DNA of 64,000 nt from Deltaproteobacteria bacterium (GCA_002748835.1 PDTL01000013.1:140510-204509), one strand, 5' to 3'; positions 39,220-49,965 are shown, counted from the first letter of the stretch. Numbers and translations are program-made. Notes: generated by a model not told the origin, from the sequence alone.

Positions 39220-40253
39220 TGGAGACCGGCGTCCGTGTCAGACAGCGGGATCAGGGGAAATTCCGGGTGGGTTCCGCTCGGATGATACCTGCTTGTGTCC
39301 GGACACCATGTGATGCTGCCGATTGTTTCAAGGTGCATCAGTGTGAGCCGTATCCAGCCTTCACCCAGGTACCGGGAGAGGGCATCGCTTCGGCCGGCCT
39401 GTTTGCGTATGATGGTTTCCAGGCAGATGCCGTCTGGATGTGCGTTGACAATGGAGAGTATTTGACGGGTCCGATGCTCCCGGTGCCGGATCAGCTCCCG
39501 GATGCGTTTTTCCGGCTCCCATACCGGACTGCCGTGGGCGGTCAGAATGCAGGACAGTTTCGGAAGTTTCAGCAGACTGAAAAGGGATCTACTGTAGTCT
39601 GTGAGGCTGGAACGGGGCGGCCCCAGCCACGGTGTGATGGTGCGGAGGACGTGGTCTCCGGCAATCAGAATCCCGTCTGTTGCAGCATACAGTCCGATAT
39701 GGTCACTGCAGTGGCCGGGCAGGGCGATCACCTTCCATGAACGGCCACCAGCAGAGAGGGTGTCTCCCACAGCAATGATCTCATCTGCGGCCGGGACATA
39801 GGAAATACCAAACAGCTGCCCAAACACCGCATCCACGATCCGGTTCAGGGCTGAGTGCAAACGGCTGAAGGATGCCGACTTCCGGGTTCCCGGGTCCCGG
39901 TAAGCCGTGGCGTAGGCCGCTTTTGAGCGGAGCACCCGGGCCATCTCATCGGTGAGAAGAATCCGGGCGCCTGTTTTTTGCTTCAGGGGCGTGGCCCCGG
40001 AAAAATGGTCTGCATGGGAGTGGCTGGGCAATATCCGGCCTAACCGGAACGCACGGCCCCTGGATGCTTCGATGTGTTTTATGGCATCCAGTTCCCGGAC
40101 CGCATGAAGGACATCCCGCCTGCGGCCGTATCCGGCGTCAAAGAGAAGGGCGTTCTCGGAATCAGCGAGGACGTAAAGATTGACCGGGGGCTTGAAGGCA
40201 CCCCACCGGTTGTTTTGGGTAATCCGGTAAATGCCGGGAAGAATGAGGTCCAT
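39216..40253 (-). CDS. MBL-fold metallo-hydrolase
   Basis: SHSHADH (HxHxDH) motif. 4-nt overlap with dinB. Confidence 0.8.
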   Translation of the reverse strand: MDLILPGIYRITQNNRWGAFKPPVNLYVLADSENALLFDAGYGRRRDVLHAVRELDAIKHIEASRGRAFRLGRILPSHSHADHFSGATPLKQKTGARILLTDEMARVLRSKAAYATAYRDPGTRKSASFSRLHSALNRIVDAVFGQLFGISYVPAADEIIAVGDTLSAGGRSWKVIALPGHCSDHIGLYAATDGILIAGDHVLRTITPWLGPPRSSLTDYSRSLFSLLKLPKLSCILTAHGSPVWEPEKRIRELIRHREHRTRQILSIVNAHPDGICLETIIRKQAGRSDALSRYLGEGWIRLTLMHLETIGSITWCPDTSRYHPSGTHPEFPLIPLSDTDAGLQ

Positions 40254-40270
40254 GTGCGGTTCGGTCAGTT

Positions 40271-40960
40271 TCAGGTTTCAGAGATGCGTCCGCCTGCTTT
40301 CCAGTGGGCAGCCAGGTAGATGAAAGGCGTATCAAGCACGGCCACCACCCATTTGAAAACATAGGTGGTGATAACGATTTCTATGAGTACACGGGTGTCG
40401 AACACGCCGTAAAACGCGATCAGGGAAAAGAGGACCGAGTCGATGAGCTGGGAGACCAGGGTGCTCAGGTTGTTTCTCAGCCAGATATAACGGGTGCCGG
40501 GCTTTTTTGTTTTCCACAGGTGGTAGGCCCAGATGTCATGCATCTGGGAGATCAGATAGGCAATGAGACTGGCCGCAGCAATACGGGGCATGATGGTAAA
40601 CAGGGTCTCAAGGGACTCATGGGCAAAATCCGAGCTGTGGGGGGTAAAGGCAAGCGCCAGATTCATCAGTGCCACCATGGCGATCATGGAAAGAAATCCG
40701 ATGCCCACGCCCCGGGCCGCATCCCTTTTACCGTAATTCTCGGACAGAATATCCGTGACCAGAAAACTGCCCGCATAGACAATGTTACCAAGCGTGGCCA
40801 CCACACCGAACAACTCTACGGTTTTCAGCACCTGAATATTGGCGATAATCACCGATACGGGTATCCAGATAAACAGGCCTACACGGCCCCAAAACCGGTA
40901 GGCGGCAAGGATGCAGCCGAAATTGATGACTAAAAGCGTTGCCCATAACATTTCGTTCAT
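40271..40960 (-). CDS. yhhQ: Queuosine-precursor transporter (YhhQ/DUF165 family)
   Basis: Polytopic membrane protein. ATLGNIVYAGSFLVTDILSENYG resembles the YhhQ core. Start at MNEMLW. Confidence 0.75.
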   Translation of the reverse strand: MNEMLWATLLVINFGCILAAYRFWGRVGLFIWIPVSVIIANIQVLKTVELFGVVATLGNIVYAGSFLVTDILSENYGKRDAARGVGIGFLSMIAMVALMNLALAFTPHSSDFAHESLETLFTIMPRIAAASLIAYLISQMHDIWAYHLWKTKKPGTRYIWLRNNLSTLVSQLIDSVLFSLIAFYGVFDTRVLIEIVITTYVFKWVVAVLDTPFIYLAAHWKAGGRISET

Positions 40961-41166
40961 CTGTCTTCTTCTTTCCAGGCCGGTAGACGGTACCGCCACC
41001 AGCCGCTAATCCCTGAGAGCGACTTATTAAAATTTCTTTTTTTAATATATTGAATTACGGTATTCAAGTTTTAGGATGAACCGTAGAAAAATAAATTGTT
41101 GACGACCGTATATCGCAGAGACGTTCCCCGGTTGGGCGTTCTCAAATCTACAGAGGGAGGAAGCGC

Positions 41167-41940
41167 GTGTTCGACGCCCATTGCCATCTTCAGGATGAAC
41201 GGATCATGGACAACGCCGATGAACTGCTGGACAGGGCAGCCGCTGCCGGGATCCGTTACTTCATGTGCTGCGGCATCGCGCCGTCTGACTGGGCGGATGT
41301 GGCCTTTCTGACGGAGACATATGATGCGGTCTGGCCGGCGTACGGGGTGCATCCCTGGTATGTCCAGGCATGTGGGGATGACTGGTTTAACCGTCTTGTG
41401 GACAGGTTGACAGCAAACGGCGGGTCTGCCGGTGTCGGGGAAATCGGGCTAGATCATGCCCTTTCCCCCCGGAATGATGCGGTACAGGCGGAATTTTTTG
41501 TCAGACAGCTGCGCCTTGCCCGTGATCTGCGCCGGCCCGTATCCATTCACTGCCGGAAAGCCTGGGGCGCCATGGTCGATATCCTGACCCGGGAAGGAGG
41601 GCTGCCCCATGGTGGGGTGATCCATTCGTATTCCGGTGGTAAAGAGCTGGTGCCAGTGCTGGAAAAACTCGGATGTTACCTCTCTTTTTCCGGTTCCCTG
41701 ACCCGAACCAGAAATAAGCGGGGCCGGGCTGCCTGCCTGGCAGTTTCACTGGACCGGCTGCTCATCGAAACCGATGCACCGGCGATGCTGCCGGCCGGTG
41801 CAACCGGTCCGCACAATCTTCCGGAAAACCTGATCCCGGTGCTGGAAACCCTTTCCGCGCTTCGGAAAACAGCGCCGGCTGTACTGGCAGATTTGACCTG
41901 CCGCAACGCGTTGCGGCTGTTTAAAGGAGCATCCCCTTGA
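41167..41940 (+). CDS. tatD: TatD-family metal-dependent hydrolase
   Basis: FDAHCHL, GEIGLD, IHCR, ETDAP. Confidence 0.9.
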   Translation: MFDAHCHLQDERIMDNADELLDRAAAAGIRYFMCCGIAPSDWADVAFLTETYDAVWPAYGVHPWYVQACGDDWFNRLVDRLTANGGSAGVGEIGLDHALSPRNDAVQAEFFVRQLRLARDLRRPVSIHCRKAWGAMVDILTREGGLPHGGVIHSYSGGKELVPVLEKLGCYLSFSGSLTRTRNKRGRAACLAVSLDRLLIETDAPAMLPAGATGPHNLPENLIPVLETLSALRKTAPAVLADLTCRNALRLFKGASP

Positions 41941-42689
41941 ATCATCAGATACGGCTGGAACAACTGGTGGGTCCGGCTGCCTTAAAACGTCTGCAGGACA
42001 GTCATGTCACCGTGTGCGGACTGGGCGCCGTGGGCTCTTTTGCACTGGAAGCCCTGGTGCGAAGCGGGGTGGGGCATGTGCGGATCATCGATTTTGACCG
42101 GGTGGATGAAACCAATATCAACCGTCAGATTCTGGCCCTGCATTCCACGGTGGGTGAAAAAAAAACAGATCTGGCTGTTCGCCGGATCCGGGATATCAAT
42201 AAGGCGTGCACGGTGGATGTGCGGGATGTCTTTATTGATGAACAGCGTCTGCCGGAACTCCTCAAAGACCCGGTGGATGCCATCATCGATGCCATTGACG
42301 GGGTGTCTTCCAAGGTGCATCTCCTAGCCCAGGCCTACGAACGCGGGATCTATACCGTTTCCTGCATGGGCGCTGCCGGCAGAACGCGGACCGACGGGAT
42401 TCAGGTGGTGGATCTCAAAAAAACCCATACCTGTCCTCTGGCGCGGATGGTTCGCAGGCGACTGCATCGTGTGGGCATTGACTCGGGTATCCGGTGTGTC
42501 TTTTCCCCGCACCCGGCACAGATGACCGCACCGGACTGCGAAACCGTACCTGAGGCAGTGGGGGCGACAGACCGTGGCCGCCGACGATCTCCTCTGGGCA
42601 GCCTGGTTGCGGTCACGGGAATTTTCGGGCTTATGGCTGCCGGGGACGTGATTTCCTACCTGATGGAATCACCATCCGTCGGGTCATGA
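41937..42689 (+). CDS. tcdA: ThiF-family tRNA threonylcarbamoyladenosine dehydratase
   Basis: VCGLGAVGS...IDFDRVDETNINRQ resembles TcdA/CsdL. Confidence 0.75.
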   Translation: MNHQIRLEQLVGPAALKRLQDSHVTVCGLGAVGSFALEALVRSGVGHVRIIDFDRVDETNINRQILALHSTVGEKKTDLAVRRIRDINKACTVDVRDVFIDEQRLPELLKDPVDAIIDAIDGVSSKVHLLAQAYERGIYTVSCMGAAGRTRTDGIQVVDLKKTHTCPLARMVRRRLHRVGIDSGIRCVFSPHPAQMTAPDCETVPEAVGATDRGRRRSPLGSLVAVTGIFGLMAAGDVISYLMESPSVGS

Positions 42690-43715
42690 CTTCTTTTTTT
42701 TCTGGACGTATAGCTGCTGGTCAGCTGCTTTGAGGAGCTGGTCCGTGGTTTCTATCCCGGGTTGGGTGGACGAGGCAACACCAAAACTGATGGAAACGGG
42801 GATGCGCAGGCTGTCATTCTCGTAGGGATGCGCCGCCAGGTGCTCGGAGATGCGCCGGGCCAGGTTTTCAGCGGAATCGGTATCGATCCCGGGCAGGATG
42901 ACCACGAACTCGTCTCCTGCAAACCGGCACGCCACATCATTTTCCCGGGACATCTCGTCTAAGGTTGCGGCAATGTACGTGAGAACCTCGTCTCCGGCAT
43001 TATGGCCATGGGTGTCGTTGATCATCTTGAAATCATTCACATCTACAAACATGATCGACAAGGGTGTCAGATACCGCCGGCTTCGTTCCCATTCCCGGTC
43101 CAGAATGCTGCCCATAACCCGGCGGTTCAGGAGCCGGGTCAGTGGATCTCGGGACGCCATGTGCGAAAGTTTCTCATGGGCGGTCACATTGGACAGACAC
43201 AGGGATAACTTGACGCCGAGCTGGTCAAGGAGAGAGGTGTCGATTCCCGGTTCGTAGCGTGTGGCTGTTGGATCCGCGAGATTTAGACTCCCGACCCGCT
43301 TGCCGTCCAGAAAGAGGGGGACGATGGCTATGGATTTGATAATGAAGCGGTGCTCACCGGGAAACAGCTTGAACAAGGGGCGAAGTACCGAATTGAACAG
43401 TGCGGCGTTGGGGGACGGCCCCAGCAGGCCGATAAACTCGGATTCCTGAATAAAATTCAGCCGGTCTGAGAGGATATCCGATCCCTTGAGCGCTTCATAA
43501 ATCAGAGCGGAGGCTTCAGTCCCCCGGATAAGGGAGATCCAAACATAGGGGATTCCAAAGATCGTGTTCACTTCATCTAACAGAGTCTGAAAAAAATCCT
43601 TGAAATTTAAAATATTCAGTATGTTACTTTCCAGCAGGTCAAATTTGGTGGCAGTGATTTCATTCTGCCGGATGCGTTCGATCAGGGCTTCAAGGTCAAT
43701 TTTAGGGTTTGCCAT
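42684..43715 (-). CDS. GAF-like sensor / diguanylate cyclase (AGDEF variant)
   Basis: The C-terminal GGDEF domain reads RENDVACRFAGDEFVV, so an RxxD I-site is present. Confidence 0.85.
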   Translation of the reverse strand: MANPKIDLEALIERIRQNEITATKFDLLESNILNILNFKDFFQTLLDEVNTIFGIPYVWISLIRGTEASALIYEALKGSDILSDRLNFIQESEFIGLLGPSPNAALFNSVLRPLFKLFPGEHRFIIKSIAIVPLFLDGKRVGSLNLADPTATRYEPGIDTSLLDQLGVKLSLCLSNVTAHEKLSHMASRDPLTRLLNRRVMGSILDREWERSRRYLTPLSIMFVDVNDFKMINDTHGHNAGDEVLTYIAATLDEMSRENDVACRFAGDEFVVILPGIDTDSAENLARRISEHLAAHPYENDSLRIPVSISFGVASSTQPGIETTDQLLKAADQQLYVQKKKKS

Positions 43716-43757
43716 TAGACCTCCGGAACTCTAGACAGGGCGGTTTTCTGCCCATTG

Positions 43758-44519
43758 CTAAACGGTTTTTTGTGCAAGCGATGCCATAAAATTGGAAATA
43801 GCCGTATTCAGGGCCTCGGGTGTTTCAATCGGCGACAGATGACCGGCGCCGTTAACCATCTCCAGTATCGCCCCTGGGATATGATCCTTGAGGTACACCG
43901 CATAACGGGGCGGGGTGGTGGTATCATCTTCCGCACCCAGTACCAGAACCGGTGTCCGGATCGCCGACAGGTGATTTCTGACATCAAACCGGTTGCAGGC
44001 AGTAAAATCACGGCGTGCGGTTTCTGCCGTGCAGGAGACGACACTGCGGACAAGGGGCGCCAGTGTTTCCCGGTCTGCGGATGGAGACAGCGCCAATTCG
44101 CTCAGTCTGTCCGGAAACGCGGAAAAATCGTTCCGGATGATATCAAAGATCGCCTCCATGACCCGGAGTCGCGCGCCGGTGTTGATGAGGATGCCGCCGG
44201 CTGACGGAACCCCTCGGATCAGCAGGTCAAGCACAATGGCGCCGCCCATGCTGATCCCGCAGAATACAGGATTTTCGATATGTTTTTCCCGGACAAAGCC
44301 AAGGATGCTATCCGCATATGCCGAAATGGTATCGTATCCTTGACCGGGCGAGTTTCCATGGCCGGGAAGATCCGGCGCAATGACCTGGAAACGGTTGCCG
44401 AGTCCGCTGATCTGGTCCTGCCAGATTGCCGCAGAAAGGGTGGCACCGTGGATGCAGACCAAAGTGAGATCCGAATCTGAATTCGGTTGGCTTTTTTGAA
44501 ATGTCAATGGCTGGTACAT
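43758..44519 (-). CDS. Alpha/beta hydrolase
   Basis: GISMGG nucleophile elbow, ~250 aa. Confidence 0.8.
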   Translation of the reverse strand: MYQPLTFQKSQPNSDSDLTLVCIHGATLSAAIWQDQISGLGNRFQVIAPDLPGHGNSPGQGYDTISAYADSILGFVREKHIENPVFCGISMGGAIVLDLLIRGVPSAGGILINTGARLRVMEAIFDIIRNDFSAFPDRLSELALSPSADRETLAPLVRSVVSCTAETARRDFTACNRFDVRNHLSAIRTPVLVLGAEDDTTTPPRYAVYLKDHIPGAILEMVNGAGHLSPIETPEALNTAISNFMASLAQKTV

Positions 44520-44712
44520 GGCTGTTGTTCTCGCTGAAACGGGTCTCCTGCGGATTCCGGTCTGTTACCGGTAACCTTTTACCAAGTAAAAGAATTATAA
44601 AAAATTAAATCTATTTAAAAATATAAAAATTAAAAAGAAACGCATCAGTGACAGTACGTTAACGTTAAAAGCCATGAAACACAACCGGAAAACCCAAATT
44701 CATTCATTTTTA

Positions 44713-46425
44713 TTAACAGAATCCTGACGTTTTGCGGGAAAGCACTTCTGCGAGGGAATCCAGTTCTGAAGAACTTTTATTAACCAGGGCACACTCATGG
44801 GCGATGGTGGTACTGGCCTGGCTGACCCTTGAAATATCTTCAGCAATGGACGCCGACACGCGCGCACTCTGGGCGATATTATCATTCATCTCTGACATAC
44901 CCTGAGTGGCCTGCTGAACATTAATGCTGATTTCTTTTGTTGTTACGGACTGTTCTTCTACAGCGGCAGCAATGGTGTTTACGATATCGTTGACATTGGA
45001 AATGTCCGCTGTGACCGTGGCGATTTCATTGATTGTTTCGTTTGTCGCTTCCTGAATCCCGGAAATTTTTTTCTTGATTTCCTGGGTAGCAATGGCTGTC
45101 TGGCTGGCCAGCTCCTTGATTTCATTGGCAACAACGGCAAATCCTTTTCCCGACGCTCCCGCCCTTGACGCCTCAATGGCGGCATTGAGTGCCAACAGGT
45201 TGGTTTGTTCGGAAATCGCGGTGATGGCTTCTGTTACGTTGTTGATTTCATCGGCGGCATGCCCCAGATCCACTACTTTTCTCGAGGCGCAATCAGCGCT
45301 GGAAACAGCGTCATTGACAAGATTTCTGGCTTCTTCAGACTTGGCGGCGATTTCTTGCACGGTAAGTGTTAACTGCACTGCACCTGAAGTGATGACCTGC
45401 ATGTTGGTGGCATTTGCTTCACTTGTCTCGGCAATTGTGTCCATGTTGGCGCTCATCTCTTTAGATGCCGTGGCGACCGTAATTGATCGGTCCATGGTTT
45501 CTTCGGCGTTTTTTTTCATGCCCTCGGAAATGGCTGATAACTGGCCGGAGGATGTGTTTAATGTCTGTACGCCAGATATCATTGTGCCCACCATGTCAGC
45601 CAGATTTTTAGTCATGGCACGCAAGGCCTCTGTCAGCTGTCCGACTTCCCCGCCCTGATTGACATGGATATCTTTGCTCAGATGACCTGTGCCAATGACG
45701 GTCACATCCTCAGCCAGGAGGCCCACAGAACGGATGACTTGCTGATAGACGACGCCACTCACCAACAGTAGGCACATAAAAAGAAGGACAATGAGCGCAA
45801 TGGATATACGCATATAAAGGTTTGCGCTGATCATTAATTGATCGCAGGCTGCTTGGGTGCGGTTGTCTAACCGGGAAAAAAACTGATTCACCGGATTCAT
45901 AATTTCTTTGATATACTGATGATACGTCTGGTTAAACATAAGATTTCTTGCAAGGGACATGTCCGGCCCCGCCCCTTTGATGTAATGGCCACTACCATCA
46001 TCAAACAAGCCTTTAACAGCATTCATGGCTTTTACTTCCGTTGCCACCAGTGCATTGGATTTAGCCTGGGCTTCATTCAGCAGCTCAAATTCTTCTGCAG
46101 TAAATCCAAGATCTTTCATGATTTGTGTAAGGGATAGGATGCTTCCATCGGGTCTGGCTTTTTTCCCATTGCGTACGGCAATAACATCATTGTATTGATT
46201 TTCGTACATGGATTCTCCTGTGGATACATAGGTTCTTGCCAGACGTGTGAGATCCTGTGAGCTCTGACGGAATTCATCTGCAGCGAGGTACGAGAGGTAA
46301 CGGTTTTGCTGTTTATTTTCTAACAGATTTAAAGTTTTAAATAGCCGTACAGAAAGAACGCCCATTGAGATGAGTAAAATAGTAAAAACTGAGAAAATAC
46401 ACAAAAACAGTTTTCGTAGCGACAT
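44713..46425 (-). CDS. Methyl-accepting chemotaxis protein
   Basis: N-terminal TM helix, a periplasmic domain, HAMP, and the conserved signalling hairpin [18 protein letters not shown]. Confidence 0.9.
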   Translation of the reverse strand: MSLRKLFLCIFSVFTILLISMGVLSVRLFKTLNLLENKQQNRYLSYLAADEFRQSSQDLTRLARTYVSTGESMYENQYNDVIAVRNGKKARPDGSILSLTQIMKDLGFTAEEFELLNEAQAKSNALVATEVKAMNAVKGLFDDGSGHYIKGAGPDMSLARNLMFNQTYHQYIKEIMNPVNQFFSRLDNRTQAACDQLMISANLYMRISIALIVLLFMCLLLVSGVVYQQVIRSVGLLAEDVTVIGTGHLSKDIHVNQGGEVGQLTEALRAMTKNLADMVGTMISGVQTLNTSSGQLSAISEGMKKNAEETMDRSITVATASKEMSANMDTIAETSEANATNMQVITSGAVQLTLTVQEIAAKSEEARNLVNDAVSSADCASRKVVDLGHAADEINNVTEAITAISEQTNLLALNAAIEASRAGASGKGFAVVANEIKELASQTAIATQEIKKKISGIQEATNETINEIATVTADISNVNDIVNTIAAAVEEQSVTTKEISINVQQATQGMSEMNDNIAQSARVSASIAEDISRVSQASTTIAHECALVNKSSSELDSLAEVLSRKTSGFC

Positions 46426-46664
46426 ACGTCTCTCCCATAGTTACTTGCTAAAGACCTCATTACAAAGCGCTATACTTTGGCGTACACGCCGAAGCAATAA
46501 ATACTCTATAATTGAATGAGTTAAATCTGGTCAGTTTTTTTAACGCGCAACGTAAAATCGTAAGACGGGCAGGTATGCATAAACGGCTTAGGGGGGCTGG
46601 GCCCGGGGGATGTATGACTTTTCAGTTCAAGTCCCGGCCGCCGGATGAACGCTCATTTGCCGGA

Positions 46665-47582
46665 TCAGGATGCGGTGTTGCCCGCGCCTTTGTTTTTTGT
46701 TGCGCCGTCTGTATCTTCTTCGCTTTTCTCTGCAGGTGGCGGAGGCGTTCGCGCTGCGATGAAGTCATCTACGACCACGATCTTTGAGGTGACAATGAGG
46801 GCTTTGATATTCAGTTTGTCAATATTATTGTTCATATATGGGGTCAACAGCCCTTTGAGTTTCTCGACCACTTTCTGGGAATGATCAAAGGTTTTCACCT
46901 TGTCATAGGTCTGGTTGCTGAGAAAAAAGGTGGCCGCCTCCTGGATACGCGGGTGTATCCAGTAGCCGGTTTCCGGATCCAGGAGGATCCCTTCCTTGAG
47001 CAAAATTTCTAGATCCATACATAGAAATCTGTCTTTGGCATAAAATGCGTCTTTTTTCAGATTCACCACAATGGGATCCAGCCTGATGACGTGCATTTTT
47101 CCGGTTTCAACCGCTGCCGGCGCTGTTGCGGGTTTGCTCCGGGTTCGTTTCCAGGTGTGCGGGCGTCCTGCTTCATTGGTGAGGATCAGGTTGTCTTCGT
47201 TTTTTTCCGTGATGGTGAAGGCCTTTGGCTCACCCACCACCCAGTTTGACTTTTCAATTTCAACCTGATCGGGTGTCAGGGTCAGTTGGTTTTCATCGAG
47301 TGTAACAACCCCGGTGACGATCCCCTTGGATGTGACCACGTTGGACAGGTTGCCGACAATTTTTGTATCCAGAGTGAATCGGCCGTCCATATGGAACAAA
47401 AGAATCATGTGTTGGTTCTGGATGCTGAGATGCCAATCCCCGAGGAGGTCGTCCATGGGGGTGGACGTTTCCTTTTTGCATCCGGAACAAACAATGACAA
47501 GGAGTGCGGCAAGACACACAAACAGGGAGGTTGCGTATGGACGATACCGATGATTCGACAGCTTCCGGATGAATGCCCGCAT
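46665..47582 (-). CDS. Lipoprotein-like protein with a C-terminal FliL-like domain
   Basis: Lipobox-like N-terminus (LLVIVCSGC). The C-terminal IRLDPIVVNLKKD...DLEILL...IQEAATFFLS pattern resembles FliL. Confidence 0.4.
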   Translation of the reverse strand: MRAFIRKLSNHRYRPYATSLFVCLAALLVIVCSGCKKETSTPMDDLLGDWHLSIQNQHMILLFHMDGRFTLDTKIVGNLSNVVTSKGIVTGVVTLDENQLTLTPDQVEIEKSNWVVGEPKAFTITEKNEDNLILTNEAGRPHTWKRTRSKPATAPAAVETGKMHVIRLDPIVVNLKKDAFYAKDRFLCMDLEILLKEGILLDPETGYWIHPRIQEAATFFLSNQTYDKVKTFDHSQKVVEKLKGLLTPYMNNNIDKLNIKALIVTSKIVVVDDFIAARTPPPPAEKSEEDTDGATKNKGAGNTAS

Positions 47583-47668
47583 AAAAAATCCTGTCTCAGT
47601 CGCATGAAGTTAAAAATGACTCATGTTACGTTTCGGCAGGTGAACCGGTGAACTTTAAGAAAAATCGC

Positions 47669-47998
47669 TTAGCGACCGGATGGAAACGGAAGGACCGCCG
47701 TCTTGATCATGGGGGATGCTTCACTGCATATCAATTTTTTAACACCGGCGCATTTGCACCGGAGCCAGGTATCCCCGCATCGGGGGCATATCTCCAAGGT
47801 ACACCCGACGTGGTGGTAACCGTCTGGCTTCACATGGCAAACAGGACATCGCAGATGCTTTCGTTCTGGATTGAACCGGGTGACGTGTTTGGGTTGATAG
47901 GGAATGGGGGTATAGATTCGTCCGTTGATATCAAATAGATAATTCGAACAGGTATCGGCAGCCCGTACAAATTTATGGCAGAGGTTACAGGTGTTCAT
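47669..47998 (-). CDS. Cys-rich small protein (multiple CxxC), unknown function
   Basis: 109 aa from the ATG at 47998. Has CNLC, CPVC, CPRC, CKC. The upstream part of ORF 47669-48229 runs through a terminator and the neighbouring gene. Confidence 0.4.
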   Translation of the reverse strand: MNTCNLCHKFVRAADTCSNYLFDINGRIYTPIPYQPKHVTRFNPERKHLRCPVCHVKPDGYHHVGCTLEICPRCGDTWLRCKCAGVKKLICSEASPMIKTAVLPFPSGR

Positions 47999-48089
47999 GG
48001 TCCAAAAGCCCTTTTTGATTTCCGGCACTACAGGATGGTAGGGTACCGGAGCGGAGGGCAAAGCACAACGGTGAAAACGCCTCTGACAG

Positions 48090-48122
48090 AAAAAAAGGCA
48101 TGCCCGAAGCAGCGGGCATGCC
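48090..48122 (-). terminator. Intrinsic terminator after the HesB-like gene
   Basis: 10-bp stem GGCATGCCCG/CGGGCATGCC (48097-48106 / 48113-48122), followed by a T-run on the minus strand (plus-strand A7 at 48090-48096). Confidence 0.65.
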
Positions 48123-48173
48123 TTTTTGAAACGCTCTAGTTGGCGGCGGTCATGTTGTGCCGCGGGAACCGCA

Positions 48174-48494
48174 TCAGGAGCAGCAGCTGCTGGTAGTGCC
48201 GCAGCCGGAGCACCCCCCACCCGACTCAAATTTCATGCTGGAATCGATTTTAAAGCCCATGTGGTTAAAATCAATCTTGACAGGTTGCGCTTCCGCCATC
48301 AGTTTTTTTTCCATCACATAGCTGATGCCTGCAAATTCAAATACCGCATCATCTTCTTTGGTCTCATCCAGAGCCAATGCAAGGGACGGGCCAGCTCAGC
48401 CGCCGGAGTTCAGGAATACGCGGATGGGCATCAACGCCTTATCTTTAAAATATTCAGCAACTTGTTGTTGTGCTGCTTCAGTAACTTCAATCAT
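48174..48494 (-). CDS. IscA/HesB-like protein with in-frame UGA (probable selenocysteine at codon 33)
   Basis: ATG at 48494 after GAGGAG. Translation MIEVTEAAQQQVAEYFKDKALMPIRVFLNSGG[TGA]AGPSLALALDE...GGGCSGCGTTSSCCS. The TGA (48396-48398) aligns with the first conserved Cys of IscA (SGCSG). Confidence 0.75.
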
Positions 48495-48729
48495 TTACGA
48501 TCTCCTCAATCTGGGTTGTTTTGTTCACACTTAGATCTAATTTATGTACTCCTTCAGTTTTGTCAATATTAGAATGGTAAACCGATCCTCATTTTCTATG
48601 GTTGGCGGGTTTCATCCTGAATGAGCTGATCTGCTTGATGGCAGTGTTCAGATTGTGTATTGTTAACATAAAAAAAATTCCTGCTGATTTGACCCCGGTA
48701 ATCAGCAGCCGGTAAAAGGGAGTTGAACG

Positions 48730-49155
48730 ATGGAACGAACGCTTTCAATCATCAAGCCGGATGGGGTGGCGCAACAGGTGATCGGTGCAGTGATTTCACG
48801 CTTTGAAAACGAGAACATTCGTATTGTGGCCATGCGTATGGCCGAACTCAGCAGAAAAGAAGCCGAAGGGTTCTATGCCGTTCACAAAGGGCGTCCATTT
48901 TTTTCTGCGCTGATCGATTTCATGATTTCCGGACCGTTGGTGCTCATGGTGCTGGAAGGGGAAGATGTGATCGCCCGGAACCGTCAGCTGATGGGGGCAA
49001 CCCGTTTTGAGGAGGCCGCCCCCGGGACCATCCGGAAGGATTTTGGAACGGGCGAGTTCATGGAACAAAATGTGGTGCATGGTTCGGATGGGCCGAAGAC
49101 GGCGGCGTTTGAAATCAGCTATTTTTTTAGAAATACTGAGATTGTGAGTGGATGA
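48730..49155 (+). CDS. ndk: Nucleoside diphosphate kinase
   Basis: [10 protein letters not shown] ... NVVHGSD. Confidence 0.95.
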   Translation: MERTLSIIKPDGVAQQVIGAVISRFENENIRIVAMRMAELSRKEAEGFYAVHKGRPFFSALIDFMISGPLVLMVLEGEDVIARNRQLMGATRFEEAAPGTIRKDFGTGEFMEQNVVHGSDGPKTAAFEISYFFRNTEIVSG

Positions 49156-49919
49156 AACAGAAAGTCACCTTGCCCAATGTCGGGTTTATCCTCTACCGGC
49201 CACGGTATCCGGAGAATATCGGCGCGGCGGTACGGGCCATGCGGAATATGGGGTTGGGCCGCCTCCTCGTGGTGGCGCCGGAGAACTATGATTTAAAGAA
49301 AATCGAAAAGATGGCTACCCATGACTCGGAAGCCATGGTGCGGTCCATTGAGCTCTTTGATGAAATGGATCCGGCACTGGAGGCATTTGAATACCTGGTG
49401 GGGACGAGTGCGCGCACGGGAAAGGAACGCCAGGACATGGTCAGCCCCCGTGAACTGGTCCCCCGCCTGGTTCCCGTGTCTGAAGAAAACCGTATCGGTG
49501 TGATTTTCGGACCGGAAAACAAAGGCCTGCCCAACTGGATCCTCCATCGATGTCATGATATCATTCACATCCCGACCGCCGACTTTAAATCCATCAACCT
49601 TGCCCAGTCCGTGATGCTGGTGGCCTATGAGCTCTACGTCACCCACCATGTGGTGAAGCGGAAATCGGTCTCCCGGCTGGCAAAACAGGTGGAGATCGAA
49701 GGGATGTTTGGCCATTTGAAAACAACCTTTGAGACCATCGGATTTGTCCGGGATGGCAATCCGGATTACTGGCTGATTCGCATGCGGCGGTTTTTTGGAC
49801 GGAATCCGGTACGGGCAAGTGAAGTGCAGCTGGTGCGGGGAATCTGCAAGCAGGTGCTCTGGTATGCAAATAAACGCTATAAAGACGGTCTGACAGAAAC
49901 GGACCGCACGCGCGTTTAA
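49152..49919 (+). CDS. SpoU/TrmH-family RNA 2'-O-methyltransferase (TrmJ-like)
   Basis: [28 protein letters not shown]. Confidence 0.8.
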   Translation: MKQKVTLPNVGFILYRPRYPENIGAAVRAMRNMGLGRLLVVAPENYDLKKIEKMATHDSEAMVRSIELFDEMDPALEAFEYLVGTSARTGKERQDMVSPRELVPRLVPVSEENRIGVIFGPENKGLPNWILHRCHDIIHIPTADFKSINLAQSVMLVAYELYVTHHVVKRKSVSRLAKQVEIEGMFGHLKTTFETIGFVRDGNPDYWLIRMRRFFGRNPVRASEVQLVRGICKQVLWYANKRYKDGLTETDRTRV

Positions 49920-49965
49920 TCTTTTTTATCTCCCCAAAAGGAGCTGACAGCGGGATCGTTTACAT

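Noticed and set aside
40961-41060. A preQ1 riboswitch upstream of the queuosine-precursor transporter gene (yhhQ).
   Set aside because: The minus-strand leader lacks the preQ1-I hairpin plus A-rich tail consensus (…CCUCUAUAAAAAACUA…). I found only a weak 4-bp stem.
48655-48700. Terminator-like hairpin (CTGCTGATT...AATCAGCAG with an adjacent A8/T8 run) just upstream of ndk, oriented for the minus strand.
   Set aside because: No minus-strand gene ends there, so it has no obvious transcript to terminate. It may just be structure in the ndk 5' region. Nothing indicates an sRNA.
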